Positions 8,781 to 16,756 of a stretch of 53,725 bases of DNA are shown one piece after another (positions within the stretch are counted from its first letter, which is position 1; each line of letters begins with the position of its first letter). The notes under the pieces were generated by a model. The model worked only from the letters and a program-made list of their open reading frames with translations, searched no databases and was not told the origin of the DNA. The position numbers were made by a program, and so were the translations under genes. Origin of the DNA: Myxococcales bacterium (GTDB taxonomy: Bacteria; Myxococcota_A; UBA9042); contig JBBISH010000030.1 in assembly GCA_037441385.1 (NCBI GenBank), forward strand, positions 1-53,725. The letters are read 5' to 3'.

Positions 8781-9578
8781 CTACTTGGCATCGCGCACGC
8801 GCAGATCGGGGTGGTAATCGGCGGCGTGCTCGGGCATGGCACCCGGCTCGCGGAACACCTTGGTGGGGAAGAAGGGCAGCATGTTGCGATCGAGCCAGGC
8901 CAGGGAGTCGTTGGGCGACAGACCCCAACCAGTTGGGCAGGTCGACAACAACTCGACAAACGTAAACCCGGTATGCTGCAGTTCAAAAGCTTGGCGCAGC
9001 AGCTTTTTGGCCTTGAGCACGTTCTTGGGCGACGACAGCGAGCCGCGCGCGATGAACTTGGGGGCCACCAGCGTGTCGAGCAGTTCGCAGACGCGGATGG
9101 GGTGGCCGGTCTGTTCGGCATCGCGGCCACTCGGCGAGGTGGTCGTCTTCATGCCGGGCAAGGTGGTCGGCGCCATCTGACCGCCCGTCATGCCGTAGAT
9201 GGCGTTGTTGACGAAGATGATCGTCAGTTTTTCTCCGCGGTTGGCCGCGTGGACGATCTCGGCCATGCCGATCGAGGCCAAGTCGCCGTCGCCCTGGTAG
9301 GCAAAGACGTAGCGGTCGGGCGGCAACGTGCGGCGCAGGCCGGTCGCGGCGGCGGGCGCGCGGCCGTGGGCGGCTTCCAAGAAATCGACGTCGATGTAGT
9401 TGTACGCCAGCACCGCGCAACCCACCGGCGACACGCCGACGGTGCGGTCCTGAATGCCCATCTCGTCGATGACTTCGGCAACCAAGCGGTGCGCCACGCC
9501 GTGCGTACAGCCGGGGCAGTAGTGCATGTAGTTGTGGGTGAGCAGCGGCGTGCGGCCAAAGGCCAGGGTCTCGGTCAT
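8781..9578 (-). CDS. 2-oxoacid:ferredoxin oxidoreductase beta subunit (TPP-binding)
   Basis: HYCPGCTHG, AAHGRA, GDGD...NN TPP motif, YGMTGGQMAPT, CPTGW. Confidence 0.93.
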   Translation of the reverse strand: MTETLAFGRTPLLTHNYMHYCPGCTHGVAHRLVAEVIDEMGIQDRTVGVSPVGCAVLAYNYIDVDFLEAAHGRAPAAATGLRRTLPPDRYVFAYQGDGDLASIGMAEIVHAANRGEKLTIIFVNNAIYGMTGGQMAPTTLPGMKTTTSPSGRDAEQTGHPIRVCELLDTLVAPKFIARGSLSSPKNVLKAKKLLRQAFELQHTGFTFVELLSTCPTGWGLSPNDSLAWLDRNMLPFFPTKVFREPGAMPEHAADYHPDLRVRDAK

Positions 9579-9589
9579 GGCAACCTCAA

Positions 9590-10654
9590 CTATGCGTTGG
9601 CAAATTCGGCGCGGATCGCGCTCATCATCTCGTCTACGGTGGGCACGACGCCGCCCGACCGACCCCAGAAGCCGATCGGCTTGTCGTGGCCCAGCACGGC
9701 GCGGAGGTCATCGACCAACTGGCCCTTGTTCATCTCGATACTGAGGACGCGGTCCGAGGTCGAGGCCGCCTTCATCAGCGAGTCCACCGGGAACGGCCAG
9801 GCCGTCATCGGCCGCCATAAGCCCACGCGCAGGCCCTCAGCGCGCAGCTTGCCAATGGCGGTCTTGGCGATGCGTGCGACGGTGCCGAAGGCGCAGACCA
9901 ACACAGGCGGCTCGTCGTCGCACATCCACGTCTCGGCGCGGGCTTCCTCGCGCTCCATTTGGCCAAACTTCTCGTACAAATGGTCGACGTGGTGCTCGAG
10001 CTCGGCCGGGTCCAGGTACAGCGAGCGCACGATGACGCGCGGTCGGCTGTTGGGCTTGCCGCGCGCGGCCCAGGGATGATCGGGCGACGCCTCCGACAAC
10101 TCGGGGAACACCACGGGTTCCATCATCTGACCGAGCAGGCCGTCGCCCATCAAGACCACGGGATTGCGGTACTTCTCGGCGAGCTCAAACGCGAGGCTCA
10201 TCATGTCCACGGCTTCCTGCACGGTCGCCGGACACAGCGAGATGTAGTGCTTGTCGCCGTGACCCCAGCCCTTGGTCATCATCAGCCAGTCGCTCTGCGA
10301 CGGGGCGATGTCGCCCAAGCCCGGGCCGCCGCGCATGATGTTGACGATGACCGCCGGGAGCTCGGCGCCGACCAGGTAGCTGGCGCCCTCGCTCATCAGC
10401 GACAGACCGGGGCTCGACGACGAGGTCAGCACGCGCGCGCCGCTGGCCGCTCCGCCAAAAATCATATTGACGGCGGCGACTTCACTCTCGGCCTGCAGGT
10501 AGACGCCGCCGACTTCGGGCATCCGCTTGCTCATGTACTCGGGGATCTCGTTTTGCGGCGTGATGGGGTAGCCAAAGAAGTGCCGGCAGCCGGCGCGGAT
10601 CGCGGCCTCGGCGATGGCTTCGGCGCCCTTCATCAGTTGTTTTTGGCTGGGCAT
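9590..10654 (-). CDS. vorB: 2-oxoacid:ferredoxin oxidoreductase alpha subunit (VorB / 3-methyl-2-oxobutanoate type)
   Basis: FFGYPITPQNE, QAESEVAA, TSSSSPG, MRGGPGLG, EMNKGQ motifs. Confidence 0.9.
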   Translation of the reverse strand: MPSQKQLMKGAEAIAEAAIRAGCRHFFGYPITPQNEIPEYMSKRMPEVGGVYLQAESEVAAVNMIFGGAASGARVLTSSSSPGLSLMSEGASYLVGAELPAVIVNIMRGGPGLGDIAPSQSDWLMMTKGWGHGDKHYISLCPATVQEAVDMMSLAFELAEKYRNPVVLMGDGLLGQMMEPVVFPELSEASPDHPWAARGKPNSRPRVIVRSLYLDPAELEHHVDHLYEKFGQMEREEARAETWMCDDEPPVLVCAFGTVARIAKTAIGKLRAEGLRVGLWRPMTAWPFPVDSLMKAASTSDRVLSIEMNKGQLVDDLRAVLGHDKPIGFWGRSGGVVPTVDEMMSAIRAEFANA

Positions 10655-10669
10655 GGTGGACTCCCTGAA

Positions 10670-10891
10670 CTAGCGCTTTTCTTTGACTTCCTTGTAGACC
10701 TCGACGCCGCCCTCTGGGCAGACCACGCCGCAGAGCGTGCACGCCGAGCACTTGTCTTCGTCGCGCAGCTCGATCGGGTGATAGCCGTGGCTGTTCAGGT
10801 CCTTGCTGTAGTCGAGCAAGTGCTTGGGGCAGACCTCGATGCACAAGCCGCACGACTTGCAGCGCTCGCGATCAATCCGGACGTGATTCAT
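10670..10891 (-). CDS. 2x[4Fe-4S] ferredoxin (oxidoreductase delta subunit)
   Basis: CKSCGLCIEVCP and CSACTLCGVVCP motifs; GGAGG RBS; ATGA overlap with the upstream gene. Confidence 0.93.
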   Translation of the reverse strand: MNHVRIDRERCKSCGLCIEVCPKHLLDYSKDLNSHGYHPIELRDEDKCSACTLCGVVCPEGGVEVYKEVKEKR

Positions 10892-11622
10892 ACAGGTCCT
10901 CCTGTGTTGCAGACCACACCGCCCAGGAACTCGGGCAACATCTGGCGGTGGATCGCGACCAGCGGCGGGAGACCGTCGCGGGCGGCAAATTGCGGCAGCA
11001 GCGGCGCCGGCACCCCCAGCAGGCGCACCGCGACACCCAGGGCCTCGGCCAGCGGGCGGGCCAGGTCCATGCCGTAGTCGATGTCTTCGCTGGTCGTTTC
11101 GTCCAGCAGGTGAGTATTGGAAATGACGCCGGTAATCGGCAACTGCGCCGCGTGGGAGATAAACTGCGCTTGTTCAAGCGCTCGCTCGAACGTGTCGCAG
11201 AACGGCCGATAGCGGTTGACCACCAGCAAAAGGTCACAGTCGGCGCTTCCCAGCACGTCGGACAGTGAGCCCAACACACGCGCACCTACCGGGTCGCCGC
11301 CCACATCCAAGAACACTTCAAGGTCTTCGCGGCCAATGGCGCTGCGGACCTGGTGCGGGATGATGGGAAGATCGGCACCGGCCAAAGCCCCTTCTGGCGC
11401 CAGCATCGTCACACCAAGCGCCGCAAGCCGCTGATTGGCCTCGCGCGACCGAAAGTAGGGCTTGAGCACGTCGAGATCGGCGATGAGCGTGCCGCGGTCC
11501 GTTCGGCGGGCAGCAGCTGCAAGTCCAAGGACTAGCTCCGTTTTTCCGGAGCCATATGGACCGACCAGCGCGGTAACGCGCTTGCGCACGAAGCGGTGCA
11601 ACTCGTGATGGCTTGGAAGCAT
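10888..11622 (-). CDS. Uncharacterised P-loop NTPase (MinD/ParA/CobQ-like) associated with vor operons
   Basis: Walker A GPYGSGKTE, DLDVLKPYFRSRE, ADLP, DVGGDPVGARVL, VVNRYRP. The start is placed at ATG 11622. Confidence 0.8.
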   Translation of the reverse strand: MLPSHHELHRFVRKRVTALVGPYGSGKTELVLGLAAAARRTDRGTLIADLDVLKPYFRSREANQRLAALGVTMLAPEGALAGADLPIIPHQVRSAIGREDLEVFLDVGGDPVGARVLGSLSDVLGSADCDLLLVVNRYRPFCDTFERALEQAQFISHAAQLPITGVISNTHLLDETTSEDIDYGMDLARPLAEALGVAVRLLGVPAPLLPQFAARDGLPPLVAIHRQMLPEFLGGVVCNTGGPV

Positions 11623-11748
11623 GGGCGCCCCAGGCGGCCTGGCCCGCAAAGGCAGGGTAGCGCTGACAACTGCGGCCACAAGGGGGCAAAGTGGACAGGC
11701 CGTCACCACAATGCCACATGCCACGGCGCCCCAGTCGGTCGGTTGTGG

Positions 11749-11777
11749 TTGACGGCGACCAGCAGCAGCGCTAGCGT
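11749..11777 (+). promoter_or_regulatory. Putative sigma70 promoter of the pyr operon
   Basis: TTGACG-N17-TAGCGT, 26 nt upstream of the pyrB ATG; AAGGA RBS. Confidence 0.6.
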
Positions 11778-11803
11778 GGAGGGGTCGCCAGCAAGGAACC
11801 CCG

Positions 11804-12754
11804 ATGAGTCAGTACATCCGCGCCGACGGCCGTTTTGCGGGCCGCGACATCATCTCGGTGCGTAACCTGAGCCTGGACGACCTGGAGTACATTTTCCGGG
11901 TGGCGCACGACATGCGCATGCTGGTCGGCCGCATCGGCTCCTTTGACCTTTGCCGCGGCAAAATCTTGGCCAACCTGTTCTACGAGCCGTCGACGCGCAC
12001 CTCGGCGTCGTTCGTCGCGGCCATGGAGCGGCTGGGCGGCAGCGTCATTGCCATCAACGAGGTGCACTACTCGTCGGTCGCCAAGGGCGAGAGCCTGCCC
12101 GACACCGTGCGCACGCTCGAGGCCTATGCCGATGTGCTGGTGCTCCGCCACCCCGAGGTGGGGGCGGCAGCCGAGGCGGCCAAGTGGTGCAAGAAGCCGG
12201 TCATCAACGCGGGCGACGGCGTCGGCGAGCACCCGACCCAGGCGCTGCTGGACGTCTTTACGATTTTGGAGGAGCTGGGCGACCTTCGCGGCTTGACGGT
12301 GACTCTGCTGGGTGACTTGCGCCACGGTCGCACCGTGCACTCGCTGGCCCGCTTGCTGGCTGGGTATCAGGTGCGCCTGCAGTTGGTGTCGCCGCCGACT
12401 TTGGCGATGCCGGCCGAGCTGATGGACAAGCTGGCAGCGGCGAATGTGCCGGTCGCGGTGGTGGCCAGTCTGGACGCGGCGCTACCGGCCAGCGACGTCG
12501 TGTACGCCACCCGCGTGCAAAAGGAGCGGTTCGCTTCGCCGGCCGACTACGAGGCCGTCAAGGACGCCTTCTGCATCACCCCAGAGACGATGCAAAAGGC
12601 CAAGCAGAAGATGGTGTTGCTGCACCCGCTGCCGCGCGTGAACGAGATTGCCGTAGAGGTAGACGACGACCCGCGGGCTGCCTACTTCCGGCAGATCGAG
12701 TACGGCTTGTACGTGCGTATGGCCCTGCTGGCCATGGTGTTGGGGCGGGCATGA
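11804..12754 (+). CDS. pyrB: Aspartate carbamoyltransferase catalytic subunit
   Basis: [39 protein letters not shown] motifs. Confidence 0.97.
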   Translation: MSQYIRADGRFAGRDIISVRNLSLDDLEYIFRVAHDMRMLVGRIGSFDLCRGKILANLFYEPSTRTSASFVAAMERLGGSVIAINEVHYSSVAKGESLPDTVRTLEAYADVLVLRHPEVGAAAEAAKWCKKPVINAGDGVGEHPTQALLDVFTILEELGDLRGLTVTLLGDLRHGRTVHSLARLLAGYQVRLQLVSPPTLAMPAELMDKLAAANVPVAVVASLDAALPASDVVYATRVQKERFASPADYEAVKDAFCITPETMQKAKQKMVLLHPLPRVNEIAVEVDDDPRAAYFRQIEYGLYVRMALLAMVLGRA

Positions 12755-14190
12755 GCGAATACTCGTGGTCGCAGCGGCTGGATCAGCGCGCCCGCGTGAT
12801 TGACTCCCTGTTGTGCGTCGGGCTAGACCCACACACGGCGGACTTGCCAGAAGCGAGCGCTGAAGCGGCCCTGGAGTACTGCCGGCGGCTGGTCCACGCG
12901 ACCCGCGATTTGGCGGTGGTCTACAAGCCCAATGCCGCATTTTTCGAGGTGTTTGGTGCCGACGGCTGGACCGCCCTGCGCATCCTGGTGGCCGAAGCGG
13001 GCGAATTTGCGCCGGTGGTCGTGGACGCCAAGCGCGGCGACATCGACAGCACCGCCCAAGCCTACGCCACTGCGCTGTTCGACACGCTGGGGGCCGACGC
13101 CGTCACCGTGTCGCCCTGGCTGGGGCGCGACAGCTTGCAGCCCTGGCTGGATCGGCCCGGCAAGGGCGCGTTTGTCCTGAGCCGTACCTCCAACCCTGGC
13201 GCGGCCGACCTGCAAGTGCCCTGCCAGCTGGGCGACGACGCCGCTTGGGGGCCGGCCTTCTTGCGCGTGGCGCAAATGACGCGGCCCTGGCACACCACTT
13301 CGCTGGGCCTGGTGGTGGGCGCGACGGCTCCCAAAGACTTGGCGCGCGTCCGCCAGGCGGCGCCGGAGGCCTGGTTGCTGGCACCGGGCGTGGGGACCCA
13401 AGGGGCCGAGTTGGGGGCCGCGCTGGCAGCCGGGCTGCGCAGCGACGGGCTTGGCTTGCTCATCAACGTGTCGCGGTCGCTGGCGCGGGCGAGTGATCCC
13501 AGGAGTTACGCCGAGTTCTTGGTGGGCGAGATGCGCCAGGCGCGTTTGGCGCCCCGCACGGTACACGAGCCCGACCTGGCCGCCGTCTACCGCCACGCCG
13601 ATCTGGCGCGCGGTCTGGTCGAGCTGGGATGCGTGCAATTTGGCCAATTCACGCTCAAGTCGGGCCTGAAGTCGCCGTTCTACCTGGACCTGCGGCGGCT
13701 GGCGAGCGACCCGCGGCTGCTCCGCTTGGCGGCCGGGGCCTACCTGGATGTGCTGCGCGACGTGAAGGGCGAGCGCATCGCGGCGCTGCCGTACGCGGCT
13801 TTGCCGCTCGGGGCTGCGGTGGCGGTGCTGGGCGGTCGGTCGCTCATCTATCCGCGCCGCGAGGTCAAGGACTATGGCACCGGGCACGCCGTGGAGGGCC
13901 TGTTCCTGCCTGGCGAAACGGCCATCATCTTGGACGATTTGGCCACGACGGGCTCGTCGAAATTCGAGGCGGCGGCCAAGCTGGAGGCAGCGGGCCTGCA
14001 GGTGCGCGACGTAGTGGTCCTCATCGACCGGGGCTCGGGCGCAGCCGCGGAATTGGCGAATCGGGGCCTCCAGTTGCACGCAGCCCTCCATTTGCCCGCG
14101 CTGCTGCAGTTCTGGCGCGCCGAAGGGCTGGTCGATGCCGCCCACGCTGCGGAAATTCAAGCGTATCTAGCGGGACCGCCGGCCGCGTGA
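12751..14190 (+). CDS. pyrF: Fused OMP decarboxylase - orotate phosphoribosyltransferase (PyrF-PyrE)
   Basis: N-terminal half has [32 protein letters not shown]-terminal half has [32 protein letters not shown]. No internal stop. Confidence 0.93.
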   Translation: MSEYSWSQRLDQRARVIDSLLCVGLDPHTADLPEASAEAALEYCRRLVHATRDLAVVYKPNAAFFEVFGADGWTALRILVAEAGEFAPVVVDAKRGDIDSTAQAYATALFDTLGADAVTVSPWLGRDSLQPWLDRPGKGAFVLSRTSNPGAADLQVPCQLGDDAAWGPAFLRVAQMTRPWHTTSLGLVVGATAPKDLARVRQAAPEAWLLAPGVGTQGAELGAALAAGLRSDGLGLLINVSRSLARASDPRSYAEFLVGEMRQARLAPRTVHEPDLAAVYRHADLARGLVELGCVQFGQFTLKSGLKSPFYLDLRRLASDPRLLRLAAGAYLDVLRDVKGERIAALPYAALPLGAAVAVLGGRSLIYPRREVKDYGTGHAVEGLFLPGETAIILDDLATTGSSKFEAAAKLEAAGLQVRDVVVLIDRGSGAAAELANRGLQLHAALHLPALLQFWRAEGLVDAAHAAEIQAYLAGPPAA

Positions 14191-15287
14191 CGCCCTCCAT
14201 CCCAAGCCAACGCAGCCGCGTGGACGCCCAACCGGGCGGCCCGTGGATTTGGCGTGCACTGACGTGGACATTGCGGCAGCTTCCTGCGGAATTCGCCCAC
14301 CAGGTGACGTTGCGCCTGCTGGCCCTGGCTGGCCGTTGGCCCGTTGCCCGCCGCTGGTTGGCGCGCAGCTTGCCGGCGCCGCCGCCGATGCCGCTGTGTC
14401 TGGGTGACTTGACGTTTATCAACCGCGTCGGTCTTGCCGCCGGCTACGACAAAAATGCCATTGCCTTACAGGGTTTGGCGCTGCTCGGCTTTGGGCACAT
14501 CGAGGTCGGCACCGTGACGCCGCGGCCGCAGCCCGGCAACCCGCGGCCGCGGGTGTTTCGCCGGTTGGCCGTGGGGGCGCTGATCAATCGGATGGGCTTT
14601 CCCAGTGACGGCGCGCAATGGGTGGCTGACCGCCTGGCGCGCTACCGCCGCGACCACGCGCTGGGCACGCCGCCGCTGATCGCGGTGAACTTGGGCAAGA
14701 ACAAGGAGACGCCCCTCGATCAGGCGGCGGCGGACTATGCCCTGGGTGCCAAGCTGCTCGCCCCGTTTGCGGACGTGCTGGTGCTGAACGTCAGCTCGCC
14801 CAACACGCCGGAGCTCCGGGCCCTGCAGACCGTGGACCACCTGCAGGCGCTGCTTGCGGCCACGCGCGCAGCCGCGCAGTCTGCGGCCGACCGCCACGTG
14901 CCGGTGTGGGTCAAGCTGGCACCCGACCTGGAGCCCGACGACCTGACCCAGTTGGTGCGGCACCTTCCGGCTGATGGGCTGGTCTTGACCAACACCACGG
15001 TGTCGCGGCCGGCCGAACTGAACGGGCAGGGCGACGAGACCGGCGGGCTGTCTGGCCTGCCGCTGGCCCCGCTGGCACTGCAGGTGCAAGACCAGGTCCT
15101 GAGAAGCGGTTGCACACTGCCCATTGTCGCGTCGGGTGGGGTGGTCAGCGCCGAGCGCGCCGTAGAGCGCCTGAAAGAGGGCGCCGATCTGGTGCAGCTC
15201 TGGACGGGACTGGTGCTGCACGGGCCGGCGTTGGTTGGGCAAGTGGGGCGCGCGTTGGTCGCGGCGCAAGAAGGTGAGCGTGGCTGA
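14187..15287 (+). CDS. pyrD: Dihydroorotate dehydrogenase (quinone), class 2
   Basis: GTG at 14187 overlaps the upstream TGA. GLAAGYDKN, GTVTPRPQPGNPRPRVFR, INRMGF, NVSSPNTP, VKLAPD, TNTT, GGLSG. Confidence 0.93.
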   Translation: MTPSIPSQRSRVDAQPGGPWIWRALTWTLRQLPAEFAHQVTLRLLALAGRWPVARRWLARSLPAPPPMPLCLGDLTFINRVGLAAGYDKNAIALQGLALLGFGHIEVGTVTPRPQPGNPRPRVFRRLAVGALINRMGFPSDGAQWVADRLARYRRDHALGTPPLIAVNLGKNKETPLDQAAADYALGAKLLAPFADVLVLNVSSPNTPELRALQTVDHLQALLAATRAAAQSAADRHVPVWVKLAPDLEPDDLTQLVRHLPADGLVLTNTTVSRPAELNGQGDETGGLSGLPLAPLALQVQDQVLRSGCTLPIVASGGVVSAERAVERLKEGADLVQLWTGLVLHGPALVGQVGRALVAAQEGERG

Positions 15288-16611
15288 GCACTTCGATTTG
15301 GTCATCGCCGGGGCGCGGGCGGTCCTTCCTTCTGGCCTGGCCGACGTGCACGTGGCCTGCCGCGGGGGCAAGATCGCGGTCATTGGCCGCGCCGACGAGC
15401 GGGTGCCCACTGCCAGCCTTGCGCTGGAGGGGCGTGGTCGCTGGCTGCTCCCCGGCATCATCGATACCCAGGTCCACTTTCGCGAGCCCGGCACGCCACA
15501 CAAAGAGGACCTACAAAGCGGCACCGCCGCAGCGGTTTTGGGCGGTGTCACCTGCATTTTCGACATGCCCAACACGCAGCCACCCATCATCAGCCGCGCC
15601 GCGCTGGCGGCCAAGCTCGCGGCCGCCCAGGGGCGCTGCTGGTGCGACTACGCCTTTTTTGTCGGGGCCACGGGCGACAACATCAGCGAACTGGCCGAAC
15701 TTGAACAGGTCCCCGGTTGCGCCGGCGTCAAGGTGTTCATGGGCAGTTCCACGGGCTCGCTGCTCGTGGCCGACGACCGCGTGCTGGAGCAGGTGCTGCG
15801 GTCGGGCCGGCGGCGGGTGGCGATCCACGCCGAGGACGACGCCCGCCTGCAAGCGCGCAAGCCGTTGGCAGAGCTGGGCAATCCGGCAAGCCACCCGATT
15901 TGGCGCGACCCAGAGACCGCGCTCCGGGCGACCCGGCGCATCGTGGCCCTGGCCAAGGCGACCGGCCGGCCCATCCACGTCCTGCACGTTACCACAGCCG
16001 AGGAGATGGCATTTCTGAGCGAGCACAAGCAGTTCGCCACGGTCGAGGTCACGCCGCAGCATCTGACGCTCGCCGCGCCAGATTGCTACGAGCGCCTGGG
16101 CACGCGCGCTCAGATGAATCCGCCTATTCGCGACACCCAGCACCGGCAGGCCCTGTGGCAGGCGGTGGCCAACGGCACCGTGGACGTGGTGGGGTCGGAC
16201 CACGCCCCGCACACGCTGGCCGAAAAGGCCCTGCCGTATCCGCAGTCGCCCTCTGGCATGCCCGGTGTGCAGACGCTGTTGCCGCTGCTGCTCGAGCAGG
16301 TGCATCAAGGGCGCTTGAGCTTGGAACGCTTGGTGCAGCTGTGCTGCAGCGGACCGGCGCGTGCCTACGGCCTTGCGGGCAAGGGCCAGATTGCGCTGGG
16401 CTTCGACGCCGACCTTTGCCTGGTCGACCCCGCCCAAGTCTGGACGATCCGCGACGCGGACCAAGCCACGCGCTGCGGCTGGACGCCCTTTGACGGTCAG
16501 ACCATCCACGGCCGCCCAATCGCGACCATCTTGCGCGGCACGGTCGTGATGCAGGACGGCAAGCTGCGGCAACCCGGTCTGGGGCGGCCCGCCAACTTCG
16601 CGTTGTCGTAG
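15280..16611 (+). CDS. pyrC: Dihydroorotase (amidohydrolase superfamily)
   Basis: PGIIDTQVHFREPG, DMPNT, KVFMGSSTG, HAED, HVLH, EVTPQH, MNPPIR, GSDHAPH; pyr operon context. Confidence 0.92.
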   Translation: MAEHFDLVIAGARAVLPSGLADVHVACRGGKIAVIGRADERVPTASLALEGRGRWLLPGIIDTQVHFREPGTPHKEDLQSGTAAAVLGGVTCIFDMPNTQPPIISRAALAAKLAAAQGRCWCDYAFFVGATGDNISELAELEQVPGCAGVKVFMGSSTGSLLVADDRVLEQVLRSGRRRVAIHAEDDARLQARKPLAELGNPASHPIWRDPETALRATRRIVALAKATGRPIHVLHVTTAEEMAFLSEHKQFATVEVTPQHLTLAAPDCYERLGTRAQMNPPIRDTQHRQALWQAVANGTVDVVGSDHAPHTLAEKALPYPQSPSGMPGVQTLLPLLLEQVHQGRLSLERLVQLCCSGPARAYGLAGKGQIALGFDADLCLVDPAQVWTIRDADQATRCGWTPFDGQTIHGRPIATILRGTVVMQDGKLRQPGLGRPANFALS

Positions 16612-16616
16612 ACCTA

Positions 16617-16668
16617 CTTCGTTGGGGTCGTGCCCCGCCGCAATTGGAGCGGCGAGTCCCCAACGGGG
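16617..16668. terminator. Hairpin downstream of pyrC (terminator or REP-like)
   Basis: CTTCGTTGGGG...CCCCAACGGGG outer stem with an inner CGCCGC/GCGGCG stem; no clear U-tract. Confidence 0.4.
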
Positions 16669-16693
16669 CGAGCTTGCGACCCACCTAGCAGCG

Positions 16694-16752
16694 AGAGACC
16701 TGACCAGAACATCCAAGAACTGAACGAGTGTACCGTAATGGGTCAGGTCTCT
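16694..16752. repeat. 59-bp element with perfect 12-bp terminal inverted repeats (REPIN/MITE-like)
   Basis: AGAGACCTGACC (16694-16705) and GGTCAGGTCTCT (16741-16752) flank an A-rich 35-nt core between convergent genes. Confidence 0.55.
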
Positions 16753-16756
16753 AGTG

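Noticed and set aside
11705..11725. TGGCATGTGGCATTGT on the minus strand as a sigma54 promoter for the vor operon
   Set aside because: The -24/-12 spacing is off by one and the -12 GC is missing.
15463..15492. PyrC has DTQVH instead of DxHxH, suggesting an inactive PyrC'
   Set aside because: DxQVHFREPG is a common variant in this dihydroorotase subgroup as I recall it, and the other metal and catalytic residues (K, two His, Asp in SDHAPH) are present.
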